Under the pieces are notes generated by a model. It made no database searches, was not told the origin of the DNA, and was given only the letters and a program-made list of their open reading frames with translations. From an uncultured Chloroflexia bacterium (GTDB lineage Bacteria > Chloroflexota > UBA6077 > JACCZL01), in the NCBI GenBank assembly GCA_963765765.1, contig CAVXYC010000020.1, positions 544,001 to 608,000 on the forward strand: 64,000 nt of DNA, written 5' to 3'. Of this stretch, positions 1 to 10,707 are shown piece after piece (the first letter of the stretch is position 1; each line of letters begins with the position of its first letter). A program made the translations under genes and the position numbers.

Positions 1-906
1 GCATCGAGACGTGCTCCGAAGCCTGACCTCTATACCATTCTGGGCGTTCCTTCGTACGCCAGCCAGGAAGAGATCCGTGCGGCATACCGCAGGCAGGCCG
101 GCCCACTCATAGACCGCTGGTGGCTTCCGGGGCGCGCTGAGAAAAAGATCTCGTCGCTCAACTCCGCCTACGAGATTTTGAGCCACTCATCGCGGCGCGC
201 ACAGTACGACGCGCAGCTCGGTCTCGGCACCACACTGCCTGAACCCGTGGACGACCCCGGTGAGATCGATCACACACAGTCTCTGTTCACGGGCCCTAAC
301 GGACTGGCGCGAAAAAATCGCCGATCCCGAAGTCGCGGCACCGGGCTCCTGGACACGATTGTCATTGTTTTCGTGGTGGCACTGGCGCTCGGTACCGCGA
401 GCGTCATTGTGACCATGTTCTCGCCAAGTCTGAGCGGCGTACTGGACTTGACCGAAACCTGGGGATTGACACCCAAGCGGCGCACGGCCGCGGCCGATTC
501 TCGCCCCAAGCCTCAGGCTTCTCCCGAAGTCGTTGCAGTTGGTCAGCCTACCGCGCAGCCATCGCCCACATCCGCACCACCCACGGGCGTGGAGCGCTAC
601 GCCGGCACTCAAGTAGACATTTCCGATCCGAACCCTCCTAGAAGGTCCGAGATCACCGTGACGTTGCGTGTCATGAGAGATGGACGGCCAGTTGAAGGCG
701 CCCTCGCCTACCTTACCGCGCGGTATCGCACTACGGAAGAGCGCTGGCCACAGGGCACAGCCACGGTACGCACGGACGCGAACGGCGTCGCGCAGGTATC
801 CTTCAATATAGGTGACGCGGCCGCCGGAGTCCCTGTGCCTGTGGAGATGTTTACGCTCATTGAGGGTCAGCAGTTCTCCTGGCGCTCGCAGTTTATTCCT
901 CGATAG
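1..906 (+). CDS. DnaJ(J)-like domain membrane protein, 5'-truncated by window
   Basis: Frame 1 is open from base 1: [23 protein letters not shown]...[18 protein letters not shown] (J-domain pattern, no HPD). It then has one TM helix, a P/T-rich linker and a beta-rich C-terminal domain. Confidence 0.75.
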   Translation, partial: ASRRAPKPDLYTILGVPSYASQEEIRAAYRRQAGPLIDRWWLPGRAEKKISSLNSAYEILSHSSRRAQYDAQLGLGTTLPEPVDDPGEIDHTQSLFTGPNGLARKNRRSRSRGTGLLDTIVIVFVVALALGTASVIVTMFSPSLSGVLDLTETWGLTPKRRTAAADSRPKPQASPEVVAVGQPTAQPSPTSAPPTGVERYAGTQVDISDPNPPRRSEITVTLRVMRDGRPVEGALAYLTARYRTTEERWPQGTATVRTDANGVAQVSFNIGDAAAGVPVPVEMFTLIEGQQFSWRSQFIPR

Positions 907-1002
907 CTACAAGACCCTGAAAGCGAGAGCAGCCCCGCCCGTGATCCACGGACTTTGCCGTTGGCCGCGCTTCCGTGTTGAGCGCTCTGGGGGCGTGCGC
1001 CA

Positions 1003-1905
1003 GTGAGAACGCTTCAAGTACGAGTTCCGGCCACCAGCGCTAACCTGGGATCCGGATTCGACTGCCTGGGACTGGCGTTGGCTCGATACAATACCCTCAC
1101 CGCGCAACAGGCTGAGGATACTCAGGTTCGTGTGAACGGAGAAGGTGCAGGCCGCCTGGCCGGCGACGGTCGCAATCTGATCTACCGCACGATCACCGCG
1201 GCTTACGCTGACCGCGGCGCCATGCCGCCACCACTCCTTCTCGAGTGTCACAACACAATCCCTGTCGCCCGTGGCCTAGGGAGCAGCAGCTCGGCCATTG
1301 CGGCGGGCCTGGTGATTGCCAACGCCCTATTAGAAGGAGCATTGAGCCAGGACGATTTAGTGCGTATTGGCACGCGACTGGAGGGCCATCCGGACAACAT
1401 TGTTCCGTGCCTTCTGGGTGGCATTCGCGTCTCAGTCAATGCACGCGGCCACGTGGTGACCTGCCCGGTGGAAGCGCCACCGGAGCTCCACGCGGTGATT
1501 TTCGTCCCCAACGTCCCGATGCGCACTGAGGAAGCCCGCGCGGCGCTGCCTCGGAATGTCTCCATGAAGCAGGCCGTGTTCAACGTGAGCCGGGCGGCGC
1601 TCCTGGTAGCGGCGCTGGAACAAGGGCGTCTCGATTTACTGAGCACCGCAACGGAAGACGCACTCCATCAGCCGCCCAGAAGTCGCATCTTTCCCGCGTT
1701 CCCACGCATCATTGAGGCAGCGCTCGCTTCCGGAGCCCACGGTGCGTTTCTCTCCGGCGCGGGCTCATCAGTGCTCGCCTTTTGTACCCAGAACAGCGAT
1801 AAGATTGCGGACGCAATGCAGCGCGCTGCTGCCGATCAATCCGTCGGCGGGTTTGCCGACGTACTCGAGATAGATCGGGCTGGCGCTTCAGTTACGGAGT
1901 CATGA
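1003..1905 (+). CDS. thrB: homoserine kinase
   Basis: VPATSANLGSGFDCLG, GHMP motif PVARGLGSSS, EGHPDN, LSGAG. Confidence 0.97.
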   Translation: MRTLQVRVPATSANLGSGFDCLGLALARYNTLTAQQAEDTQVRVNGEGAGRLAGDGRNLIYRTITAAYADRGAMPPPLLLECHNTIPVARGLGSSSSAIAAGLVIANALLEGALSQDDLVRIGTRLEGHPDNIVPCLLGGIRVSVNARGHVVTCPVEAPPELHAVIFVPNVPMRTEEARAALPRNVSMKQAVFNVSRAALLVAALEQGRLDLLSTATEDALHQPPRSRIFPAFPRIIEAALASGAHGAFLSGAGSSVLAFCTQNSDKIADAMQRAAADQSVGGFADVLEIDRAGASVTES

Positions 1906-3146
1906 CCCAACACCCTAGCCCGTCAATGTCAATCATCGTTCAGAAATATGGCGGCTCGTCCCTGGCGACCGCCGATCGGATTCGCAACGCGGCGCGTCGA
2001 ATCTCCGCGACACGGCAACATGGCGCCCACGTGATCGTGGTTGTCTCAGCCATGGGCGATACCACCGACGAGCTGCTGGACCTCGCTCGCCAGGTCTCCG
2101 ACGATCCGCCGGCTCGAGAAATGGATCTTCTTCTCTCGACCGGCGAGACGGTTTCCGCGGCGCTCATGGCCATGGCCCTGGGATCATTGGGATTGCACTC
2201 AGTTGCCCTAACGGGCGGTCAGGCCGGTATTCGTACTGACACGATCTATAGTCGCGCACGTATCACGGACGTGAATCCGCAACGGCTGCGCCAGGAGCTG
2301 AATGGCGGTGCCATTCCCATCGTGACGGGCTTTCAGGGTGTCACCGATACTGAAGACGTGACCACCCTGGGCCGCGGTGGATCCGATACCAGCGCGGTAG
2401 CATTGGCTGCCGCCGTTAAAGCCGAGCGCTGTGAGATCTACACGGACGTGGAGGGGATCTACACCGCCGATCCGCGCATGGTGCCCGAGGCGCGCAGACT
2501 TGAGCAGGTCTCCTACGAGGAGATGCTAGAATTGGCGCAGCTTGGCGCACGAGTGATGCATCCGCGTGCTGTTGAGCTGGGCGAACTGTATGACATGCCC
2601 ATTCTGGTTGCCTCCAGCTTTGTGGATGCGCCAGGCACTCTGATTACTCGAGCGGAACACGTGGAAGTACGCAAGAATGTTCGCGGCCTCGCGCATGATA
2701 CGGACGTGGGAAAGATCACCGTCACTCACGTTCCTGACCGGCCCGGCGTAGCCCATTCGATCTTCGCGCCACTGGCATCCGCCGGTATCAGCGTGGATAC
2801 CATCGTCCAGAATGCCGGACTTGACAGCCATACCGACATTTCGTTTACCGTGACCCGCGGAGACGTTGCCCGAGCGCTTCCGCTGGTACAGGCGTGTGCA
2901 CACGAGATGGAGGCTGGCGGCGTGAGCTCCAGCGAGAACCTGGCCAAGGTATCCATCGTGGGAACTGGCATGCAAAGCGCTCCCGGTTTCGCGGCGAGAA
3001 TGTTCGGCTGCCTCTCCGATAGCGGGATCAATATTGAGATGATCACCACGTCGGATATTCGTATCACCTGCATCATTGAGCGTGATCGTGTGAAGGAGGC
3101 GCTTGGAGTGCTGCATCGCGCCTTTGAGCTCGACCGCGACGCTTAG
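1902..3146 (+). CDS. lysC: aspartate kinase
   Basis: VQKYGGSS, VVSAMGDTTD, TLGRGGSDTSA, YTDVEGIYTADP, two C-terminal ACT domains. Confidence 0.97.
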   Translation: MTQHPSPSMSIIVQKYGGSSLATADRIRNAARRISATRQHGAHVIVVVSAMGDTTDELLDLARQVSDDPPAREMDLLLSTGETVSAALMAMALGSLGLHSVALTGGQAGIRTDTIYSRARITDVNPQRLRQELNGGAIPIVTGFQGVTDTEDVTTLGRGGSDTSAVALAAAVKAERCEIYTDVEGIYTADPRMVPEARRLEQVSYEEMLELAQLGARVMHPRAVELGELYDMPILVASSFVDAPGTLITRAEHVEVRKNVRGLAHDTDVGKITVTHVPDRPGVAHSIFAPLASAGISVDTIVQNAGLDSHTDISFTVTRGDVARALPLVQACAHEMEAGGVSSSENLAKVSIVGTGMQSAPGFAARMFGCLSDSGINIEMITTSDIRITCIIERDRVKEALGVLHRAFELDRDA

Positions 3147-3788
3147 ATGGCAGGACGTGACGCGAGCCTAATAGATCGGGCACAGACCTCCCTCAAAAAG
3201 CTGTGGAGCGGGCAACCTGGCCGAGCGCGCGCGGCCGGCCGCCGTCGACGCGTGCAGGCGATGCCCACCGCTCAATACCGGCAGGCTCCCGTTGAGCACT
3301 GGTCTGAGCGTAATCAGGTTAGCCATTACACGCGTCCCGCCAGCCGACGCGGCGGCGATCATAATGCCACCACGCTGGTCATCGTCATCATCGTCATCGC
3401 CCTCGGGCTAATGCTGCTCTATGCCGTGAGCTCCTGGCTTAATGCCGGTACGAACAGTCGAAGCAGCCCCCCCACCGCCGTGCCAGTCGTGGCAGCGCCC
3501 ACTGTTTCCTCGCCTGTGCCTGCGCCAGCCGCCAGCCCGGGCGCGTTACCCAGTCCACAGGGTGTCATCCTTGGGACGCCCGGCACGGTCGTGATCACTG
3601 GCGCCGCACCATCGCCCGAGCCGCTCCCAGGCGCTCGCCGTACACACCGCGTCGCCCAAGGTGACACGCTGGCCCGAATCGCCCAGCAATACGGCACAAC
3701 CGTCGATGCGATCATGCGAGCCAACAACTTCACCGACCGCGGCCGAATCTTGAGAGTTGGCGAAGAGTTGATCATCCCCGCGCCCTAA
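3147..3788 (+). CDS. membrane-anchored LysM domain protein
   Basis: TM helix, Pro-rich linker, C-terminal HRVAQGDTLARIAQQYGTTVDAIMRAN...LRVGEELIIP (LysM). Confidence 0.92.
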   Translation: MAGRDASLIDRAQTSLKKLWSGQPGRARAAGRRRRVQAMPTAQYRQAPVEHWSERNQVSHYTRPASRRGGDHNATTLVIVIIVIALGLMLLYAVSSWLNAGTNSRSSPPTAVPVVAAPTVSSPVPAPAASPGALPSPQGVILGTPGTVVITGAAPSPEPLPGARRTHRVAQGDTLARIAQQYGTTVDAIMRANNFTDRGRILRVGEELIIPAP

Positions 3789-4060
3789 GCGGGACCTCAG
3801 CTCTCCGTCTGATCTCTATATTCGAAGCTCAATCAGATCGCTGTTCCAAGCTCCTCGGTGGCGCGGGTCTCCGTACCCGTGCGGAGCCGCAAGCCATCCG
3901 ACTGACGATCGCTATCTCGCCGTGCAGAAATCGACAAACTGCCCGAATAAACCGTCGCCCCCAAGGCGCGGTCAGAACCTTCTGCGTCAGTAGACCACTA
4001 CAGAAGCGTGGCTCCCCCGCCAACCTATCAATTAGAATTCCAAGCCGCCGCAACACGTCC

Positions 4061-4135
4061 GCCGATGTAGCTCAGTGGTAGAGCAGCTGTTTCGTAAACA
4101 GCAGGCCGTCGGTTCGAGTCCGACCATCGGCTCCA
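4061..4135 (+). tRNA. tRNA-Thr (anticodon CGT)
   Basis: GCCGATG acceptor pairs with CATCGGC; D arm GCTC/GAGC; anticodon arm GCTGT-TTCGTAA-ACAGC; T arm GTCGG-TTCGAGT-CCGAC; encoded CCA. Confidence 0.97.
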
Positions 4136-4143
4136 CAATTTAC

Positions 4144-4188
4144 GAACAAAAACACCTCGATGGGCTTCCGTCGGAGGTGTTTTTGTTC
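4144..4188. terminator. bidirectional intrinsic terminator-like hairpin after tRNA
   Basis: Perfect 15-bp inverted repeat GAACAAAAACACCTC...GAGGTGTTTTTGTTC with A/T tracts on both arms. Confidence 0.75.
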
Positions 4189-4193
4189 CCAAC

Positions 4194-4215
4194 TGACAGT
4201 GACATTGACAGTAAT
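4194..4215 (+). repeat. putative integrase arm-type sites, left (TGACAGTGAC / TGACAGTAAT, 12-bp period)
   Basis: Direct repeats starting at 4194 and 4206; same motif and spacing as at 63767/63779. Confidence 0.65.
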
Positions 4216-4233
4216 CGGCGGTAGAAGTATGCT
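4205..4233 (+). promoter_or_regulatory. sigma70-type promoter of integrase
   Basis: TTGACA-17 nt-TATGCT upstream of the integrase ATG (RBS GGAGG). Confidence 0.6.
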
Positions 4234-4290
4234 GCTCCCGAGCGGCGAGAGCCCTGGAAATCAGGCGCTGCAGCTCAATGGAGGGTCGGC

Positions 4291-5444
4291 ATGGCGAAAG
4301 TTCGCGGCGCTCGGGAAGGGAGCATCTACCAGCGCAAGAGCGACGGCCGCTGGGTCGCTGCCTGCACGGTCAACGGCAAGCAGCAGTACCAGTACGCCAG
4401 AACAAAAGAGGAAGCTCGCCAGAAACTGCGCGAGATGCAGCGCAGGCGGGAGGACGGGCAGCCAGTCACCCTGCCGCGCCAGACGCTGGGGCAATTCCTT
4501 GACCGCTGGCTGGAGGACGCGATCAAGCCGAGCGTCCGCTCGCGCACGTATGCCAGCTATGCTCAGATGGTGCGGCTCCATCTCAAGCCGCCCTGGGCCA
4601 TCACCGGCTGGACCAGCTCACCCCGCAGCAGGTTCAGGCATTCATCAGAGCAAAGAGCGAGACGAAGAGCCAAAAGGGCGACGGCAAACTCTCCACCCGG
4701 ACGGTCAATTACCTCCGAGACATCCTCCGCCAGGCGCTCAACCAGGCCATCAAGTGGGACCTCGTCACCCGTAACGTTGCCGAGCTAACGAGCCCGCTTC
4801 GAAGCGAGCGCCGTGAGGCTCAACGGCTCAGCCCGACGCAGTGCATCGCGCTCCTCGACGCCGCGCGGGGCGATCGGCTGGAAGCGCTCTATGTGGTCAC
4901 CCTTGCCACTGGCATTCGCCAGGGGGAAGCCCTTGGCTTGCATTGGGGCGATGTCGATCTGGATCAGGGCACGCTGACCCTGCGGACGCAGCTCCAGCGG
5001 GTTGATGGCAAGTACGACCTCGAGCCGCTCAAGACAGAACGATCTCGCCGTGTGTTGCCCCTGCTGCCGCTGGCAGTCGACAGCCTTCGAAGGCATCATA
5101 CCCAGCAGATTGAGGAGCGGCTGGTATCCGGGCCCGATTGGCAGAACGAGCGCGACCTCATCTTCACGACCAGGGACGGCGCGCCACTGAACGCCCGCGT
5201 CGCCGTCAGCAAGTTCAAGGCGCTCCTCAGGCGAGCCGACTTGCCCGACGTGACGTACCATGGTCTACGACACTCGTGCGCCTCGCTGCTGGCCTACCTC
5301 GACGTTCACCCGAGCGTCATCATGGCGATCCTCGGGCACAGCACATCCCGGTTGACGATGGATCTCTATACCCACGTCGATCCGTCGCTGCTACGCGACG
5401 CGGCTGTCAAGATGCAGGACCTCCTGGCAGGTGGGCGGAGGTAG
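4291..5444 (+). CDS. int: tyrosine recombinase/phage integrase (frameshifted in this sequence)
   Basis: N-terminal EGSIYQRKSDGRW arm-binding region; catalytic TGIRQGE (R), LKTE (K), HGLRHS, LGHS, MDLYTH (Y); split over frames at about 4590-4890. Confidence 0.93.
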
Positions 5445-5720
5445 CTCGCAATTCGCACCTCGTCGGGCGGCGAGTATAACGATGCGCCGGCGGCCCGGTG
5501 AAGGACGACGCCTCCCCCCTGTGCAGGCGTGGAAGCATGTCGGCAAGTGGTAAGCTGAGTCACACGGACACTTTCAGCGGCGGCTGGCTGGGGCTGCTTA
5601 CGGACTCGCTGTTCATGCCCGTGGAGGGCGGCTTTACCAGCACCCGCGCCGGCGCCACATCACGCCCAGGTGCGCGCCAATCGGCATCAGATCGTGAACT
5701 GCTTCCAGAGCGTGCTGTAG

Positions 5721-6500
5721 TTGCGCGTTACTGCTTACGCTGACGAATCGGGGCAGGAGCGGTCGATCGGTGTGTACACGGTCGCTGGCTTGGCGTTTAG
5801 CCCCAACGGAGAACTGCAGTTCGTCAAGCATTGGATGCGCGACTTAGCTGTATTTGGACTCACTGAATTCCACACGAATGATATCGTGGCGAGACTGAAG
5901 AGGGGCCGTTCCGCTCTAGCAGAAAGTGACTTCGATCGGCTTTGTGGACGGCTCTTGCGAACCATCAGGAGGAACGCGCTGTTTGCGGTATCCGTAAACA
6001 TAGACACCTGGGCCTACGAATGCACGACCAACTTCGAGCCAGCAGATCCTCAATTCGAAGATCAATCCGTACGGGATCGGGCTTGAGTTTTTCATGGGCG
6101 ATGTGGTGAGGCACATTCAGCCAGATGATGAAGTTCGCTTTATGTTCGACCAAGGCAATACTTCGGCCAAGTGGAAAGCAAGATTCTGGTCCAACATTGA
6201 GCACATGCGCAGCCTTTCAACAGGCCAAGTACGGGCCGCCGCGCGAGAATTGTCAATGGACAGCTTCCAGCGCTCTCGTGGGTGTCACCTCTCCAGTCGG
6301 CCGATTTATTTGCGTGGGTCGCTGCGAAGGGATTCTCGCTACACATCGGACGCGGAGTTGCAGTAAACGCGCCTCAGTGCCTTATGTCAACGTACCCTTT
6401 ACGCCTGCGGCGTAGTCTTCGGCGCTGCACTTTTCCCTGCGCCAATTCGTTCCGTCGGCGTATGAGTCGTCCATTGCCATTTTGACGAGCATGGGCAAGT
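5721..6500 (+). CDS. DUF3800-like (RNase H-fold) protein, frameshifted
   Basis: N-terminal AYADESG...VAG, FHT motif, and C-terminal PLQSADLFAW spread across three frames. Confidence 0.65.
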
Positions 6501-6705
6501 CCCTGGCGAAGGTAGATGGGGTTTTACTGACAGTTCGGGCCACTTATGATCCGCCTCGGTACGCAATTCTGGACATTCTGCCCGCGAAGTGCTCGTGATG
6601 ATCGAGTAAGCAAAGTCATTCTGTCAATTAGCCTCGTGCGCCATGCCAACCGTCACCGACAGCAACGTCGAACAAGTCGATTGGCGGAAGCTATAGTCGG
6701 ATACT

Positions 6706-6733
6706 CGTTCCGATAATCCCCATTATCGGAAGT
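6706..6733. other. dif/Xer-like recombination core site 1
   Basis: CGTTCCGATAA-TCCCCA-TTATCGGAAGT (11-6-11, palindromic arms, ATAA-N6-TTAT). Confidence 0.7.
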
Positions 6734-6873
6734 CCCACACCAAGCTCCGCTGCGCTACATGGTCCAGCTGCGGGCCTAGGGTAGGCGTCCAGCTTCCAGC
6801 TTCCTTCACGGAAGCCCGAGACTGCTCCACCCGCAGCAAGCCCCCCAGTAGATGGGCGTACACTAGCGGCATC

Positions 6874-7896
6874 ATGACGCCAACCGGTCCGCCGCACCCG
6901 TCGCCGCTTCCTGAGGGGTGGCCTGTCCATGGCCGGCCTCGGTCTGCTGGCCGGCTGCGGGCTGCTCCCTCCCCAGGCCCCAACGTCCGAGCGGGTGCGC
7001 CTGATCGGGGTCCTCGGCGACGCGCCTGGCGAGCGTTGGGACGCGTTCTGGGATGGGCTGCGGGAGCTGGGCTGGGTCGAGGGCCGGAACCTCGCCGTGG
7101 AGTCCCGCTGGGCCGAGGGAGACTCCCGACGGTACCGGGCCCTCGCGACCGAGCTCGTCGAGCGGAAGGTCGAGCTGATTGTGGTGGGGACGTCGAATGC
7201 CAGCCTCGCCGCCAAGCAGGCGACCACCACCGTCCCGCTCGTGGCGATCCTGTTCAGCGGGAAGGCAATCGAGAGCGGGCTCGTCGACAACATCGCGCGG
7301 CCCGGCGGGAACATCACTGGGACGGCCGGGCATAAACGGGTCGCAACTGGAAGGCAGGCAGCTTCAACTATTGAAGGAAGCAGTCCCGTACGCCTCCCGT
7401 GTAGCCGTGCTCCGTAGAGGCAGCGCAGCGGCGACCTCGGCATCAGAGGTCCGCGTGCGGGCGCTCCAGGAGGCCGCGCCCGGCCTCGGGGTACACCTTC
7501 ACGTCGTCCACATACCGAACATCAGCGGCCTCGACGACGCGTTCGCGGCCATGTCCACAGCCGGCGCTGATGCCGTCAAGATTCTCCGCCACCCAGTTGG
7601 AGTCTGCGTGGGGACGCATCGCCGAGCTGGCGCTCCAGTATCGGCTGCCGTCGGTCACGGAATATCCGGAGTTCGCTCGGGCGGGAGGCTGGCTAGCATA
7701 TGGCTTGAGTCGAGCCGAGATCTACCGGAGCGCAGCACCGTACGTGGACAAAATCCTGCGAGGTGCCCGCCCCGGCGATCTGCCGATGGAGCGGCCGACA
7801 GAGTTCGACTTCGTCATCAATCTCAAAACAGCGCAGGCCCTGGGGCTGACCATCCCGCAGGCCCTCCTAACGCAGGCAACCGAAGTCATCCAGTAG
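6874..7896 (+). CDS. orphan ABC transporter substrate-binding lipoprotein (ABC_sub_bind type), frameshifted
   Basis: TRRRFL...LLAGC Tat-lipoprotein signal; GLRELGWVEGRNL, ARPGGNITG, YVDKILRGARPGDLPMERPTEFDFVINLKTAQALGLTIP. Confidence 0.88.
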
Positions 7897-7907
7897 CAAG
7901 GCCCGCT

Positions 7908-7935
7908 CGTTCCGATAACCCCCATTATCGGACTG
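7908..7935. other. dif/Xer-like recombination core site 2 (direct repeat of site 1)
   Basis: CGTTCCGATAA-CCCCCA-TTATCGGACTG, 11 nt after the SBP stop codon. Confidence 0.7.
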
Positions 7936-7948
7936 ACTCACGGGTCTT

Positions 7949-8052
7949 GGGTCTCATAACGCTTCTTCTGCGAACCAGGTCTTCCCGAGCCGATCTCACA
8001 TCCTCTTATTTTGGGGTCGCAATAACTCCTGATTAACGTCGTTATGCGAACC
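7949..8052. other. two further degenerate dif-like sites
   Basis: GGGTCTCATAA-CGCTTC-TTCTGCGAACC (7949-7976) and ACTCCTGATTA-ACGTCG-TTATGCGAACC (8025-8052). Confidence 0.5.
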
Positions 8053-8370
8053 GTGCGCAGAATAGGGCGAAAGTCGGCAGGCGTAAATTTCCGTAAACGC
8101 ACTCGGAACGACTGGTGCTGCAATTCCGCGCGCCTACGATTGCGGGCCGAGCGTCCAAGAACCGCCGTCACGTACGCGCGAGAAATCGCCACGAGGGAGC
8201 GGTGCAGATCCCGACGTACGCAGCGGCTAATTTCGTGCGACGCTTCTCCAGCCATCACGCAATGGCGCGGAGCGCTCGATGTGTGCTGTCTCCAGTGCGG
8301 TGCGCCAATGCGCTGGGCACAGAGCTCGCGATGAATGTGCGGCCCAGAATCGTGAATCGATTTGAGGCTG

Positions 8371-8960
8371 TTACTCGTCCTCCTCCGCCAGTTCCGTCGC
8401 CATCTGCATGACCGCCACGGGATCGAGCCCGTATTTCGCCGCAATACGCTCCACCTTTCGCCGCATCGTGAGCATGTCCTCGTGCCGCCCCGAAAAGAGA
8501 CCCAGGTGCTTGCCGAGCAGCTCTAGGACTTGGCAGCTTCGGGTGCAGCTTGATGCGTACTCGCGTCGAGTGACGGAGCGCCCGTTGCCTCGCGCGATGT
8601 CGATCTCCTTCACTCTGACCTGCGCCACCGCGCGTGTGTCGAGCCCGCTCGATTCCCGCAAGCTCGAAATGGTTCGGTCCCCACACCGCGTAATCCTTGA
8701 GGTTGGCGAACGCGATCGACGCCAGGTCCTCAAGCACGCGGTCGGCGTGGAGTCCGACGCGTGCCGATCGCTCCGCCTTCGCGCGTGAAATAGCGTCGAA
8801 AACCTTAGCATTCCTTAGCAACCGCGACGCTTCGACCGCCGCAGAACCGGGGCTGTAGCCCGCACGGATCGCCGCCTGGGTCCCGTTCAGGTCCAGCAAA
8901 TATTCTGCGACAAAGCGCGCCTGCCGCGCGGTCAGCTTCTATGTCAGCCACGCTGCTCAT
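8371..8960 (-). CDS. terS: terminase small subunit, frameshifted
   Basis: KLTARQARFVAEYLLDLNGTQAAIRAGYS...ASRLLRN...ADRVLEDLASIAF...LELLGKHLGLF. Confidence 0.88.
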
Positions 8961-9962
8961 CTCCGCTCCTTCCGCCGCCATCCGCTGCCGACATCGATTC
9001 GGGCCCTTCCGCTCACGCGCCCGTCTGGCGGACTCCCGCTTCCACTGGCGCTGCATCTCGGGAGCACAGCGGTCGCAGTAGTGGGCACGGTCGTATCGGG
9101 GCGACCGATCTGAAGGGTACGCATGGCCGCAGCGATTGCAGATCGTCAGGCTCGGCTGATTCACGACGACAGCCATGAGCAGGGCTGCGAAAATCCCGAA
9201 CAGACCCTCGCACTGCACGTAGTACTGGAATCGTTCAGCCGCTTCGTCCCAGTCGGCTCCCGGCGCCGTCCGTGCCAGGTGCGCCAGTTTCGTGACACCG
9301 AGCGCGAGGACGGCGCGCTGGATACTGACGGGCTCATGATGAGCGTACGATTCCATCTCGTTGTCGAGTCGCATTGTGAAGATGGATTCCACCACCTTCC
9401 ACTGACCTGCGTCCGATACCGGGCCCTCGTTCAGGCCCGCGGTGAGATCGATGAGCGTGCGGAACCGCGTCGCCCACGCGCGCCAGCCCTCGACCGGCTC
9501 CGCCCAACGATCGCCATTTCAGCTGCCGCGGTCGGCACGCGAGCCGATAGGGGGCCTCGGGTCTTGCGGATTGTGGAAGAACAAATAGTCCTCGCGGTAC
9601 GTGGAACCGATCTCCGAGAGTTCGTGCGCTGCGGGATAGAGGTGATCCGCGCACAACTCGAGTGGTCCCCAAATACGGGCATACTCAAAGATGGTCTCAT
9701 CGGACGCGTCGGCCAGGCGACTGAACTGCCAAAAAAGCCTCGGGTGGAACCGCACCTCGGGGAAAGGAAGAACGTCCGAGATTGCGATCCGCGGACCCTC
9801 CGGATTCTTGTTCCACGTCCACGTAATGAAGCGGTCACCCTCATGGTCTTCGAGTCTGATGTCGAGCGGTATCTCGACTCGGTTCGGGCCCGTACGGGAC
9901 CCGATCGCGGTGGGCAGCAGTGCTACCCGATGGCGCTTCACGTTGGCCCCTCGTACGTCCAT
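8957..9962 (-). CDS. hypothetical protein with C-terminal CxxC...CxxC zinc finger (CGNR-like), frameshifted
   Basis: ORFs 9519-9962 and 8805-9395 appear to be halves of one gene; CNRCG...YCDRC followed by a basic helix. Confidence 0.5.
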
Positions 9963-10081
9963 GGATGGTTTCCAATTAGAGTTTAACTTAGACTCTTAAG
10001 AATCCAACAACACGGCCCGTCCTGTGCTTCTACGGATCCATGAGAACGTGCGTGCATGAGCACGCACGCGGGAGATACGGA

Positions 10082-10258
10082 ATGGACCCTATTCTGCTCA
10101 AAGTTGAGGAGTGTGCTCGCGTGCTGAATCTCGGACGGTCGAAGGTCTTCGAGATGATCCGTCGCGGCGAGTTGCCGGTGGTGCGATTCGGACGGAGCGT
10201 GCGCGTTCCAGTGGTGGCGCTGCGTGAGTTGATCGAGCAGCAGACCGACCAGCGCTAG
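10082..10258 (+). CDS. excisionase-like HTH_17 protein
   Basis: LLKVEECARVLNLGRSKVFEMIRRGELPVVRFGRSVRVP. Confidence 0.9.
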   Translation: MDPILLKVEECARVLNLGRSKVFEMIRRGELPVVRFGRSVRVPVVALRELIEQQTDQR

Positions 10259-10317
10259 CGAGCAGTCGCACGCACCCGCTCTTAGCGCACGGGCTAGTAG
10301 CCGCATCTGGCATCGAC

Positions 10318-10707
10318 ATGACGGTCGCTTTTTCCGCGGCTCCGGCAGCCATCGAGGCGGCTCGTGGCTATGTGGAGCGAGGGTGGCCCGTCCTGCGTCT
10401 CCATGGCGTGCCCGACGGCAAATGCACGTGCTCAAAGGCGTCATGCCGCTCGGCGGGCAAACACCCGAGTATTCTGCGTGGGGTTCGCGGGGCAACCAGT
10501 GATCTCCAGTGCATCGAGCGCTGGTTACGAGAGAAACCGGACCACAACATCGGGCTCGCCGCCGGCGCTGCGTCCGGATTCGTCGTGCTGGACGTCGATC
10601 CGCGGAACGAAGGTTTCGACAGCCTCGAACGTTTGGAGCGACAGCACGGCGTGCTCCCGCGGTCGCGATCCGATCGGGGCCGCGCTGGATGGGTACAGTA
10701 CGGATGA
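10318..10707 (+). pseudogene. bifunctional DNA primase/polymerase (Prim-Pol) N-terminal fragment
   Basis: YVERGWPVLRL...CTC...GKHP...NIGLAAG..SGFVVLDVDPRN; truncated, no helicase downstream. Confidence 0.85.

Noticed and set aside
6657-6667. CGACAGCAACG as a further integrase arm site
   Set aside because: It is a single imperfect copy with no 12-bp partner and could be chance.
6706-8052. CRISPR array or integron attC sites
   Set aside because: The repeats are few and irregularly spaced, there is no cas or intI, and the geometry is 11-6-11 rather than RYYYAAC...GTTRRRY.
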